IMG/VR virus record: IMGVR_UViG_2541047962_000003
From: a virus
Lineage: Duplodnaviria > Heunggongvirae > Uroviricota > Caudoviricetes
DNA length: 41,648 nucleotides
Reading direction: 5' to 3' (one strand)
Positions 1-8,280 of the stretch are shown in pieces. Numbering within the stretch: the first letter of the stretch is position 1; each line of letters begins with the position of its first letter. Made by a program: the position numbers and the translations under genes. The notes beneath the pieces are model-generated. The model worked only from the letters and a program-made list of their open reading frames with translations, made no database searches and was not told the DNA's origin.

Positions 1-267
1 ATGCGCAGAAAAGAGTCAAACGTTAGCAGTTTGCCGGAACTCACCAATTTTGAGGTAAGCTATTCTCTGGTTACCAATGAAGTTTACTTGTCTGCATCCT
101 TCACTGATAACATGGCCTGTATACCAAACTGGCCCTTACAAGAATTTCCGGATCAACTAATATGTATTTCTCGAGCAAAAGCTGTTGCCCTAATCGAAGA
201 GCTCCAGAAGACCATCGACTATATGGACGCAGGAATCGATCGACAATCAGGTAGCCTGCTCCAGTAG
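1..267 (+). CDS. Hypothetical protein, 3' end only (start may lie upstream of the window)
   Basis: Open frame running from the window edge to a stop at 267. No family recognised. Cannot tell whether it is phage cargo or host. Confidence 0.35.
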   Translation: MRRKESNVSSLPELTNFEVSYSLVTNEVYLSASFTDNMACIPNWPLQEFPDQLICISRAKAVALIEELQKTIDYMDAGIDRQSGSLLQ

Positions 268-399
268 CTGGCGAGTTTTATACTCGTTCCCTGCAACAAT
301 GGCTTTTTGTAATGCACTCACAAATAAGGAATTCGTTAAGGCTTTTGTTCTGGAGACTCTGAAAGATACAAGGAATCAGTTGATGGCTGGTTTGATCAT

Positions 400-440
400 A
401 CTAATTAATATATTGTCAGACTCACAATATATTAATTAGT
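400..440. repeat. Perfect 16-bp inverted repeat with 9-bp spacer (ACTAATTAATATATTG / CAATATATTAATTAGT); candidate operator or recombination site
   Basis: Read directly from the sequence, about 130 bp upstream of the 568 start codon in an AT-rich intergenic region. Confidence 0.6.
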
Positions 441-567
441 GGTAGAACATAAAACCGAGTTCTTGACTTTCAATAGCTATTATATGCGATCAACAACCTT
501 AACCACCTCCTTATATTTTATGAGATACTCAAACAATTTAAATTTATGAGCAAAGGAAAATAATAAA

Positions 568-1413
568 GTGAATAAAAATCCCTGGGATATTCCAGCATGG
601 CACGCTCTGGGCCGAGAAGCATCTTTAGTAACACAGCTCATTGGTTCTGGGGCAACAGCCATAGGTAAAGCCAATTATGCAGACAAAATAGGTGAATATT
701 ACACAGCATTTTTTGGGCTTTCTGTAGGTTTTGAGAGACTTGCTAAACTAATACTTGTTGCACACTATGCCATTGAACACAAAGGAAAAATGCCTGACGA
801 GAATATTGTAAGAAAATTTGGACACAAGCTCATTGAATTAACCAACGAGGTTGATAGTATTTCTAAAAAAATGCAACTATCTCTGAGATATTCACGTCCT
901 ACACATAAAATTACCTACAAAATACTTGAATGTTTAGATTCCTTTGCTGATGCCCGACGGGGACGTTACGCAAATTTCTCCTCATTAAGCAGCCCCAATT
1001 TAACCAATAATGAACCTATTAATAAATGGTGGGGAGAAGTAGCCGAGAGTATCCTTGAAAAACATTATTATTATACAGTTGAACAAAGACGTGTTGAAGA
1101 AAATGCTAGGTTTATCAATGCCACTCTTTCACCGTATACAACGGTCATGTATATGAATGAAAGTACCAACATTATGCAAGACCTTATATCAGCCTCCATC
1201 CGTACTGGACAAAATACCATTGTTCAAAAGTGGGGAAGATTCTATTCTCTTAGCATCGCTCGTTGGCTTGCCACAGTATTAGCAGAACTGTCTGATATAG
1301 CTTCTCATAAATATGGAATAATTAGTTTTTATGGCCTTAGTGAACATTGTTGCAGTTATATAGTTGAAGATAGTTTTTTAAAAAACAGAAAAATATGGCC
1401 ACTTCGCCAATAG
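568..1413 (+). CDS. Hypothetical protein, 281 aa, AT-rich orphan gene; candidate accessory or defence gene
   Basis: Long ORF with GTG start preceded by AAAGGAAAA. Visibly AT-rich compared with flanking phage DNA. No confidently recognised domain. Confidence 0.6.
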   Translation: MNKNPWDIPAWHALGREASLVTQLIGSGATAIGKANYADKIGEYYTAFFGLSVGFERLAKLILVAHYAIEHKGKMPDENIVRKFGHKLIELTNEVDSISKKMQLSLRYSRPTHKITYKILECLDSFADARRGRYANFSSLSSPNLTNNEPINKWWGEVAESILEKHYYYTVEQRRVEENARFINATLSPYTTVMYMNESTNIMQDLISASIRTGQNTIVQKWGRFYSLSIARWLATVLAELSDIASHKYGIISFYGLSEHCCSYIVEDSFLKNRKIWPLRQ

Positions 1414-1732
1414 TTAACGAGAAAATCTGCATAAGGGGGAGAAATCCCCCACCTGTAATAACATAACTACTAAAATTAACACCTTGTTCGCGCAACTCCT
1501 CCACCAGCACGACAAGATGCCGCACACTGCGCCCCAGTCTGTCCAGCTTCCAGACAACCAGCGTATCTCCTTCTGATAGCGTTCTGAGCAGTTTTTTCAA
1601 TCCCGGTCTGGCTGATTTTGTTCCGCTGATTTTATCTTCAAAAATCAGTTCACATCCTGCGCACTCCAGCGCGTTACGCTGCAATTCTGTATTCTGGTCA
1701 TTTGTTGATACGCGGACATAGCCAATAAGCAT
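1337..1732 (-). pseudogene. Gin/Pin/Hin-family serine DNA invertase, truncated; only the N-terminal ~87 residues (about 1472-1732) are invertase-like
   Basis: N-terminus MLIGYVRVSTNDQNT...LVVWKLDRLGRS matches the invertase catalytic domain. After ...REQGVNF the frame continues into unrelated sequence, and the helix-turn-helix C-terminal domain is missing. Confidence 0.8.
1435..1450. terminator. Hairpin GGGGGA-gaaa-TCCCCC, possible bidirectional terminator between the orphan gene and the invertase remnant
   Basis: Perfect 6-bp stem with tetraloop 22 bp after the stop at 1413. No strong T-tract on the + strand, so weak. Confidence 0.3.
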
Positions 1733-1787
1733 GATGGATCCCCTGAATAAAAACCGGGGATGATGCCAGTTAGCCGTAATCTCTGCA

Positions 1788-1814
1788 TTTTCTTAAACGT
1801 TGGTTTGGGAGAAG
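1788..1814. repeat. Invertase crossover site (gix/pix/hix-like), invertase-proximal
   Basis: TTTTCTTAAACGTTGGTTTGGGAGAAG. Its reverse complement shares the 15-mer CTTCTCCCAAACCAA with the site at 3645-3670, in inverted orientation. Resembles the hix/gix AAACC-NN-GGTTT core. Confidence 0.65.
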
Positions 1815-2134
1815 CGGCAAAACGAAATGTGGGAACAGGGGAAAATCAGATACCTGATATGTCATCATATGCATCAGGTTCAGGCTGGCGAAAAATGCCA
1901 GATGGTTCAATTGAACAGTGGGGACGAATTAGTTTTCCTGGTGAACACGGGCCTGTATCCGCCAATGTTTCATTCCCAATTCCATTTACACAGACACCGG
2001 GCATTGTAATTGTGTGCGATGGTGGTTTCGGGGGCGGGAATATGTGGGGGGCGACCAACTGGAGCACTACCGGCTTCATAGCTCACTGCAATTATGGTCT
2101 TGAAGGTGGTGCGTTTTTCGCTAAGGGCTGGTAA
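1800..2134 (+). CDS. Alternative tail-fibre C-terminal (receptor-binding) cassette, promoterless, silent in this orientation
   Basis: The frame encodes ...[10 protein letters not shown]... across the crossover site, paralleling ...ENLGLGEG... in the expressed fibre. Followed directly by a tail-fibre assembly gene. Confidence 0.6.
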
Positions 2135-2577
2135 TGATGAAATATCTGTACGTAAACAACCTGGCATATCCTTACGAACTTCAGTCTCTTTATGTTGAAA
2201 AAGGTGAATGGCCTGAAGAAAAAGGTGTTGATATAGACGAAGTAATTTTCAGGGAATATTTCTATGATACACCACCAGAAGGAAAATACAGATGTGTCGG
2301 AGAGGATGGACTGCCTGCATGGGCAGATATTCCTCCACCAACACGTGAAGAACAAATTGCATCAGCCGAAACTAAAAAGCAGCAATTGATTAACCAGGCC
2401 AACGAATACATCAACAGTAAACAATGGCCAGGTAAAGCATCAATTGGTCGTCTGAAAGGTGAGGAACTGGCGCAATATAATTTGTGGCTGGATTATCTGG
2501 ACGCACTGGAACTGGTCGATACTTCCGGTGCGCCAGATATTGAATGGCCTACGCCTCCGGCAGTTCAGGCCAGATGA
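2134..2577 (+). CDS. Tail-fibre assembly protein (alternative cassette)
   Basis: 147 aa. Position and C-terminal similarity to the 2549-3151 product (both end in ...D-[IV]-[IE]-WP-[TE]-[PL]P...). Tfa-like. Confidence 0.7.
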   Translation: MMKYLYVNNLAYPYELQSLYVEKGEWPEEKGVDIDEVIFREYFYDTPPEGKYRCVGEDGLPAWADIPPPTREEQIASAETKKQQLINQANEYINSKQWPGKASIGRLKGEELAQYNLWLDYLDALELVDTSGAPDIEWPTPPAVQAR

Positions 2578-3151
2578 CGTCCGGCGCTGTGCTGGTATCT
2601 GTTGCCGTCACCGCGTCAATGTAATCCAGCACAGCGTTAAGTCGGGTGTTTTCTGGCTGCGTCAGCTTCCGCCCAGCCTGTAATTTCAGTTGAATCAGAC
2701 TGATGGAAGCCATTGCAGCATCAATCAGCGACTGGCGCTGTGCTTCTGCCGCTTCTACTGCGGCGCTATGCTGTGCCTCGGTATCGGTCACCCATTTCTC
2801 ACCATCCCATTTATCGTATGGCGTTAATGGGGCGATAGTGGTTGTATTTTCGGGGTAATCACCCGGAGTTGTGATTTCTTTGGCGTCTCCCGTTTCGGTG
2901 TTATAGACGATTTCTCCGCGATGGTCTGGCACATATTCCCATGAGTTTAAATCCGCAGAGCGGCAGATGGCATAACCAGCTTTATATGTTCCTGGTGCAT
3001 CTAAACAGGAACATGCCGGAATACCGACACCAACAGCAAGATATTCAGTTGATGTGGAAATATATTCTCGTGTTTCACCATTATAATTATAGACAGTAAT
3101 ATCCCCCGCCTTCGTGGCAATAAACTCGCTATTTAATACGGCATTATCCAT
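2549..3151 (-). CDS. Tail-fibre assembly protein (expressed cassette)
   Basis: 200 aa, immediately downstream of the tail-fibre gene. Tfa-like. Confidence 0.75.
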   Translation of the reverse strand: MDNAVLNSEFIATKAGDITVYNYNGETREYISTSTEYLAVGVGIPACSCLDAPGTYKAGYAICRSADLNSWEYVPDHRGEIVYNTETGDAKEITTPGDYPENTTTIAPLTPYDKWDGEKWVTDTEAQHSAAVEAAEAQRQSLIDAAMASISLIQLKLQAGRKLTQPENTRLNAVLDYIDAVTATDTSTAPDVIWPELPEA

Positions 3152-4014
3152 TATGCAGCCCTCACGATGTAATTAAATGAAAGGTTACGAGGGCGCATTG
3201 ATATCCATGCCCCGGTAAAATTATCCTCCGCTGTCCTTTGAGTACCCGTTATGGAGTTATCTGCTGATGCAGGAACATAATCGCTATTATTTCCTGCTTT
3301 AGGATTAGCTGGGTTTCCAACAGTTATAACAGAATCAGCAGTAGCAAAAGCGATACCTACTTTGACATTAGTATTCAGATCGTAACCGTAATAATCCTGC
3401 AAAGCTGTACGAATAAATGTTGCAGCCTGACCACTTAGCAATGAACGCCCCGTATCAATCCCTCTAGAATCATCCCAGCCACGAATAAACTCACCACGTA
3501 AATCAGGCAATTTATTTGTCGGGTAAGCCTTTGCCAGTTCCGGGTATTCTTCAGCAGAAAAAGCTGCTCCGTTGCATTTCAGCCAGCCTGTTGGAGGTGT
3601 CTCTGAAGGCCACGGAACAGGTGCACCAACAGGTAATGCTGAACCTTCTCCCAAACCAAGGTTTTCGAGAGCCGTTTTCACCGTGCCATCCGATTTGATA
3701 TCACCAAACGGATTCTTGCGGCTCAGGTATTCAACAGCAAACCCCGATCCCAGCAATTCAACAAAACCGGGCAGATCACCATTATCAAGCACATCCCGTT
3801 GCGTTTTATCACTTACAAACTGGGCCAGAGCTGCAGCAATAAAGCTGGCCTGCCGAATAACCTTATTGACTTGCGCACTGGAGGCTTTCCCTGCTGTAAA
3901 TCCAGATAAAAGCGCAGGCAACGCTTCCCATTCCTCCTGCGACATAACATTGGCATTTTTACCCGTTGCGAATGCTTTAAAGTCATTTTTTGCCATCAGA
4001 GTAATACTCCCCAT
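3151..4014 (-). CDS. Tail-fibre protein (constant N-terminal part joined to a variable C-terminal part at the crossover site)
   Basis: 287 aa. The crossover site lies in-frame within ...[11 protein letters not shown].... e14 StfP-like arrangement. Confidence 0.75.
   Translation of the reverse strand: MGSITLMAKNDFKAFATGKNANVMSQEEWEALPALLSGFTAGKASSAQVNKVIRQASFIAAALAQFVSDKTQRDVLDNGDLPGFVELLGSGFAVEYLSRKNPFGDIKSDGTVKTALENLGLGEGSALPVGAPVPWPSETPPTGWLKCNGAAFSAEEYPELAKAYPTNKLPDLRGEFIRGWDDSRGIDTGRSLLSGQAATFIRTALQDYYGYDLNTNVKVGIAFATADSVITVGNPANPKAGNNSDYVPASADNSITGTQRTAEDNFTGAWISMRPRNLSFNYIVRAA
3645..3670. repeat. Invertase crossover site, distal, inside the tail-fibre gene
   Basis: CTTCTCCCAAACCAAGGTTTTCGAGA. 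Inverted copy of the 1788-1814 site. Confidence 0.65.
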
Positions 4015-4676
4015 GCCCCTAGATCAAAACCACTGATAAATTCGTTATCCATATCAAAACCAAAAAATTTTGAACCTTCCGATGGGGTTTCCACCGAAGG
4101 TGTTTCAATGCCACCCGCCCACACCCCGGCGGCTTTTACTGTGAGATATCCCTGTTTAATTGCAGCAATTAACTCACGCGATACATCTGAAATATCAGTA
4201 TCAGGAAAGACCCAGACCGATATCGTCATGTCCTGGTTATCGACAATCTGCATTCGCAGTCCGGATCCTGCTGTTGCAGCGTCAAGGATTGCCGGAAGCG
4301 AATCATTCCGTCCGTCCCAGTTATTAATCGCAATCTTCGCTTTAAGAATGACACGATAAGTTTCATCGCTGAGATACATGTATCCTGAATCAGGATCATA
4401 TGGCCCCTGCCATACCCCCTGATCATATCCAAGCCCGTCGGTATCCCAGCGGAAATAGACACCTGAGATAGGCTGGCTGACAACACGGCTACGTCCGATC
4501 CACAATCCAAGAATGTCAAGTTGCACACCAACCGCAGAGTCAATATCAAATACAGTAATCAGCCCTCTGGTGGCAGCCGCAACATCAATAAGCGGCCGGG
4601 TCATCAGATCAACATGTGCAAGAAATTTAGGTTTGGTGGCGTGGTAGTTCGTGATTAGTTCGGTGTATTTGCTCAT
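3996..4676 (-). CDS. Tail protein (YmfQ/DUF2612-like)
   Basis: 226 aa, between the baseplate J gene and the tail fibre as in e14 (jayE-ymfQ-stfP). Confidence 0.55.
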   Translation of the reverse strand: MSKYTELITNYHATKPKFLAHVDLMTRPLIDVAAATRGLITVFDIDSAVGVQLDILGLWIGRSRVVSQPISGVYFRWDTDGLGYDQGVWQGPYDPDSGYMYLSDETYRVILKAKIAINNWDGRNDSLPAILDAATAGSGLRMQIVDNQDMTISVWVFPDTDISDVSRELIAAIKQGYLTVKAAGVWAGGIETPSVETPSEGSKFFGFDMDNEFISGFDLGAWGVLL

Positions 4677-5872
4677 GACTCCACCGTTATAACGATATTT
4701 TCCGGGGTACAGGACGCAGATTCGTTGTATCTGATATCAATGTTTGATGACGACAAAGCCCCCGGGGATTTCCCAATCGTCAGTTCCTGAATATCGTAAT
4801 AGCGTGCATTCCCGCCACTCACCACGCCAAGATTCGCCGGTGAGTAAATGCGACTCAAAAGGACCGAATCACCAATCGTCAGACTATTGATATAGTCGGA
4901 AATAGCCTGCTGGATCTGCTGTCCTATCTGTGAGGTATAACCCGTAAAAACTTTTAATTTAATCCGGGCATAAACAGGCACATCACTGGAACGCGAGAAT
5001 TTGATTACATGGGGATTGCCGTATTTATCCGGAACCGTAACGGATGTTGTACCGTGAGTGGCTGTCCCCTGGCCTTTATTCCCTCTGATAGCCTGAGCAA
5101 TATCCGTCACATCACCGCCATCCACAATTACAGCAACAGAGTGTGGCGGTAATCCGTTACCGTCCTCCGAACCAGTATCGTTTTCATAGAGTTTGTGGCG
5201 GGTTACACCGATAACATTAGAAACAGCACCATCCAGTGCTTCAAATGGGGTTAATGATGGCAACGCAACACTTTGCGACTGGCGGATACGTAACTCAGCG
5301 TCAGTTTCTGCCGGAGTGCCCACAGTAGCCGCAGCAGGATTAGTTACCGAAACCCAGCCACGGGTTGGCGTATTAATTTCAGTGATAGTTCCAGCCAGCG
5401 CCGCCACTGCACCACTGACGGAACATGTTGCGGTCACCATCACTGTACCATCCACGCCGACCACCACTGAAGCAGGCAAACGCCATATCACATTATTACT
5501 GTCTTTCACGCTGCCATTAATGATGGTTGTTCCGGCAGTTCCTGTAAGAAGCAAATCAACCGTAGAGTTCGTCGCGCCTTTACGTGAAATACCATTTATT
5601 TTCACGTTACTGGTCAGTGCAGCCCCATAGCCGGTTGCCGGTGAAAAACAGTTGTAGACAGTTATCGCCATATTATTGGCATCATGAATCGCCAGCGCCA
5701 TCAGAGCCACCATCTGGCCGTCTTTGCTGTCCGGTTCGAGGTAGGCATCACTGCCATAAATCTGCTGAAAATAGCTAATCAGGGTGCTGAGTATCGTCTG
5801 ATAATCAGGCGCACTGATCCCCTCCGCGGTTACCTTTGCAGATAAACCGAGAGAATCAAGGTTCAGAGCCAT
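4673..5872 (-). CDS. Baseplate J-like protein
   Basis: 399 aa. Size, position and family-level resemblance to baseplate J (gp47/JayE-like). Confidence 0.7.
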   Translation of the reverse strand: MALNLDSLGLSAKVTAEGISAPDYQTILSTLISYFQQIYGSDAYLEPDSKDGQMVALMALAIHDANNMAITVYNCFSPATGYGAALTSNVKINGISRKGATNSTVDLLLTGTAGTTIINGSVKDSNNVIWRLPASVVVGVDGTVMVTATCSVSGAVAALAGTITEINTPTRGWVSVTNPAAATVGTPAETDAELRIRQSQSVALPSLTPFEALDGAVSNVIGVTRHKLYENDTGSEDGNGLPPHSVAVIVDGGDVTDIAQAIRGNKGQGTATHGTTSVTVPDKYGNPHVIKFSRSSDVPVYARIKLKVFTGYTSQIGQQIQQAISDYINSLTIGDSVLLSRIYSPANLGVVSGGNARYYDIQELTIGKSPGALSSSNIDIRYNESASCTPENIVITVES

Positions 5873-6225
5873 TACGCCTCCGATGTAACAGTCGTTATTC
5901 CATAGAGAGTGTCGATTTCAGCGGAAAACATGACACGTCGGGTCGTGGTATCCACCGTCGTATTGAAAGAGAGGATTGATTTAACGCCCTGCGTTTCCAG
6001 AATGCGCTTACGGATCGCCAGGTTGTAGGTTTCCGGCTTCTGCTTACCGAGTACGGACTGGATCCACGGAGTCCCCTCAGTGGTGTCGAGAAACCATTGC
6101 CCATACCACAATTCGAATCGCGTTTTTACCGCCTGCGCCACGGCCTCCGGTGAGTTAATCAGCCAGGTGTCATCACCGCTGCCAAAGGTGTAATCGCCAT
6201 CGGCGTCTTCACGTCTGTATCGCAT
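5872..6225 (-). CDS. Baseplate wedge protein (gp46/W-like)
   Basis: 117 aa, translationally coupled upstream of the baseplate J gene. Confidence 0.5.
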   Translation of the reverse strand: MRYRREDADGDYTFGSGDDTWLINSPEAVAQAVKTRFELWYGQWFLDTTEGTPWIQSVLGKQKPETYNLAIRKRILETQGVKSILSFNTTVDTTTRRVMFSAEIDTLYGITTVTSEA

Positions 6226-6977
6226 CAGTTTACTCCGTCGGTATTGCTTCCACCGCGCTGAACACCACCATGAGTGTGCGTATCATCGATTGGCTTGCCG
6301 TTAGCCTTCACGCTACCCAAAAACTCAACAGCACCAGTGATTTTTGAAGCCACACCAGAAACAACAGACCCCACCATGCCTCCCATCCAGGTTAACAGGC
6401 CATGAATGGTTACTTTCTCAGAAAAATCAGCCAGAGGGGCAACCACATCAAGGCCCCCCGGAGCGACAATTTTAATTTTCCTGGTATCAGGATTAAGCTC
6501 AAAATAGGTGCTGCCGTCATCACTACGCAACTGTGTGGCACTGGTATTAATACCGCTAATCTTCCTTGCCTGCGACTGGGGACCGACAATACAAAACGCA
6601 TCCGATAAATCATGCATTCTGTCATCGACCGGCTCCTGTATCCCGCCACTCTGCCACCAGAAATCAATACAACGATCGGCAAAAATCACCAAACATTCAT
6701 CACCGGCTTTAACTGGAAACGTTAGCGTACAGCCTCCGCCACGCGGGAATACCACTGGCACATCCACCAGCAATGGGTAATTTTTGGTAATGCGGTTGCC
6801 GTCGTTATCAATTTCAACGTAACGGATAGCAGGCTGTACAACCGCCGTCACCGCATCAGGAGCGAATGACTGAATAATGCCAGGCAAGGCGACACGGATC
6901 TGGTTCTTTGTTGTTTCCCGTTCAGATTTGAATGTTTCGGCAAGGTCGCCGCTGCGGGTCTGGTCAGATACGGCCAT
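6225..6977 (-). CDS. Baseplate spike/hub assembly protein (gpV-like)
   Basis: 250 aa, first gene of the baseplate block. Call is based on position. Confidence 0.45.
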   Translation of the reverse strand: MAVSDQTRSGDLAETFKSERETTKNQIRVALPGIIQSFAPDAVTAVVQPAIRYVEIDNDGNRITKNYPLLVDVPVVFPRGGGCTLTFPVKAGDECLVIFADRCIDFWWQSGGIQEPVDDRMHDLSDAFCIVGPQSQARKISGINTSATQLRSDDGSTYFELNPDTRKIKIVAPGGLDVVAPLADFSEKVTIHGLLTWMGGMVGSVVSGVASKITGAVEFLGSVKANGKPIDDTHTHGGVQRGGSNTDGVN

Positions 6978-6997
6978 TTAGTAGGCTCCAGAAAGCA

Positions 6998-7019
6998 AAA
7001 AACCCGCCGAAGCGGGTTT
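6998..7019 (-). terminator. Rho-independent terminator after the inserted cassette
   Basis: Minus strand reads CAAACCCGC-ttcg-GCGGGTTTTTTG: GC-rich stem followed by a U-tract, 16 bp after the stop at 7035. Confidence 0.65.
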
Positions 7020-7034
7020 GAAAGGATGTATGGA

Positions 7035-7607
7035 TTATTTAGGTTTCTTCCTACCATAAACAAACACTGTAGTTAATCCTACGAGATCTAAAGTAGCAAG
7101 AGTACCTGCGAACCAAGTGTTACCGCGATTAGCAAAAAACGCAGCCATTATAAGCACTACCATTGCAATGCAAAATCCCATCCATTGCCCACGTTTGTCG
7201 CGTGAAACCGCACCAAGTAATGCATCACTTTGCGTCTTATGCCTATGCTCTTGCTCTTTTTCGGTTAGCCTGAAAATTCTCTCAGCGCCGCCGGGTAATA
7301 TTTGATTATATTGTAAGAGCATAGCAGGAGGTGGGAGTGGTCCCTGAAAAGACTCCTGCTGAAACATGGCAATAACCTTCGGGTTCTTAGAAACTCTCTC
7401 AAGAAGTTCAGGTGTTAACTTCGATTTTAGCTCAGGATCAAGGTTGGCAACTGCAGACAGCTTTTCCACTACTTCCTGAGACTCATCATATTCCGAGGAA
7501 TCAATATCTTCGTCGATACCATCCGAATCAGGAACGGCTTTTTGCGACGCTTTGTTTTCCTGATGCTTTTTGAGAACGGCCGCCTGCTTGCGGGGTTTTG
7601 AACTCAT
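7035..7607 (-). CDS. Membrane-anchored protein, DUF2335-like (C-terminal transmembrane helices); start codon uncertain
   Basis: 190 aa. Motif ...LPGGAERIFRLTEKEQEHRH... followed by two hydrophobic helices. Overlaps the upstream small ORF by 80 bp; an internal GTG with an AGGAAG site is an alternative start. Confidence 0.55.
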   Translation of the reverse strand: MSSKPRKQAAVLKKHQENKASQKAVPDSDGIDEDIDSSEYDESQEVVEKLSAVANLDPELKSKLTPELLERVSKNPKVIAMFQQESFQGPLPPPAMLLQYNQILPGGAERIFRLTEKEQEHRHKTQSDALLGAVSRDKRGQWMGFCIAMVVLIMAAFFANRGNTWFAGTLATLDLVGLTTVFVYGRKKPK

Positions 7608-7767
7608 ACCTGATAACTCTGTTCATGTCACTTGCAATGACTTTAACATCACTTCTTATTGCCCGACAATCAGATCCAGAAGCAGCATATTGCCAGTAAT
7701 CTGTAGTCGGCATAATGTCCATAACACTACCGGCAGCGGCTAAGTAACGATTAACGATTTTCCTCAT
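7528..7767 (-). CDS. Small hypothetical protein (about 80 aa)
   Basis: ATG at 7767 preceded by a strong GGGAGGGG ribosome-binding site. No recognisable domain. Confidence 0.35.
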   Translation of the reverse strand: MRKIVNRYLAAAGSVMDIMPTTDYWQYAASGSDCRAIRSDVKVIASDMNRVIRYEFKTPQAGGRSQKASGKQSVAKSRS

Positions 7768-7932
7768 ATCCCCTCCCATAGTGAACATCAGTGGAGCGCA
7801 GAGTTTACCTTTAAGGTAAAGTATAGACAACTACTGTGTACAGATGGTTCAAAAAATGCGTTAACCAGTATTATTTTGTTAAATTTAGCGCAATTGGCAA
7901 CAGTTCATCCATAATATTATGGACGTCAAAAA

Positions 7933-8277
7933 TCATCGCCCAGCCACTTTTTTACAAGGGAAAGATCCGATGATTTTCGGCGCATCCATGCTGTTCTGCA
8001 GAAGCTGGACATTCAGGAATCGCGTTTCGGTACCAGGGCGACGAATGTATTCAAAGCCGTAGTTGTTACCGTCTTTGGCAGGCATAAGCCCCATGTCTAC
8101 TTTCAAACCATTGGTACCCAGTTCGGTGATTTTTTGAGAGGTAACTCTTTCACCGTTGATAGTCGATAACTCGCCCTGGTTTGCAACCATAGTGTAGCCA
8201 CCGCATTTAACCGTGAAGCCATCCGCCCACGCGCTGCACGCAGAAAAGGCAGCTAACAGAAAAATAATACCCCTCAT
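7933..8277 (-). CDS. Secreted protein or lipoprotein with N-terminal signal peptide (114 aa)
   Basis: N-terminus MRGIIFLLAAFSACSAWADG has a hydrophobic core with both a possible lipobox Cys and an AxA cleavage motif. Confidence 0.55.
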   Translation of the reverse strand: MRGIIFLLAAFSACSAWADGFTVKCGGYTMVANQGELSTINGERVTSQKITELGTNGLKVDMGLMPAKDGNNYGFEYIRRPGTETRFLNVQLLQNSMDAPKIIGSFPCKKVAGR

Positions 8278-8280
8278 TGC

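Larger units (their letters stand above)
1788..3671. other. Invertible tail-fibre host-range segment (Mu G / P1 C / e14 P type), about 1.9 kb
   Basis: Bounded by inverted crossover sites. Contains two oppositely oriented tail-fibre C-terminal cassettes, each followed by its own tail-fibre assembly gene, with the invertase gene adjacent. Confidence 0.65.

Noticed and set aside
1337-1471. C-terminal 44 residues of the invertase ORF as a possible novel invertase domain
   Set aside because: The sequence after ...GVNF is hydrophobic read-through into the inserted AT-rich DNA, including the terminator hairpin. It is not a DNA-binding domain.
1760-1799. The ATG at 1760 as an independent start for the alternative tail-fibre cassette
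   Set aside because: There is no ribosome-binding site or promoter. The cassette is expressed only as a fusion to the constant N-terminal part after inversion.
3572-4036. 154-aa + strand ORF antisense to the tail-fibre gene
   Set aside because: It overlaps the constant part of the tail-fibre gene entirely. It is not the alternative cassette, which begins at the crossover site near 1800 on the + strand.
7620-7932. A recognisable sigma-70 promoter for the tail-operon cassette
   Set aside because: Several weak -35/-10 combinations exist in the AT-rich gap, but none is convincing by eye, so no promoter feature was called.
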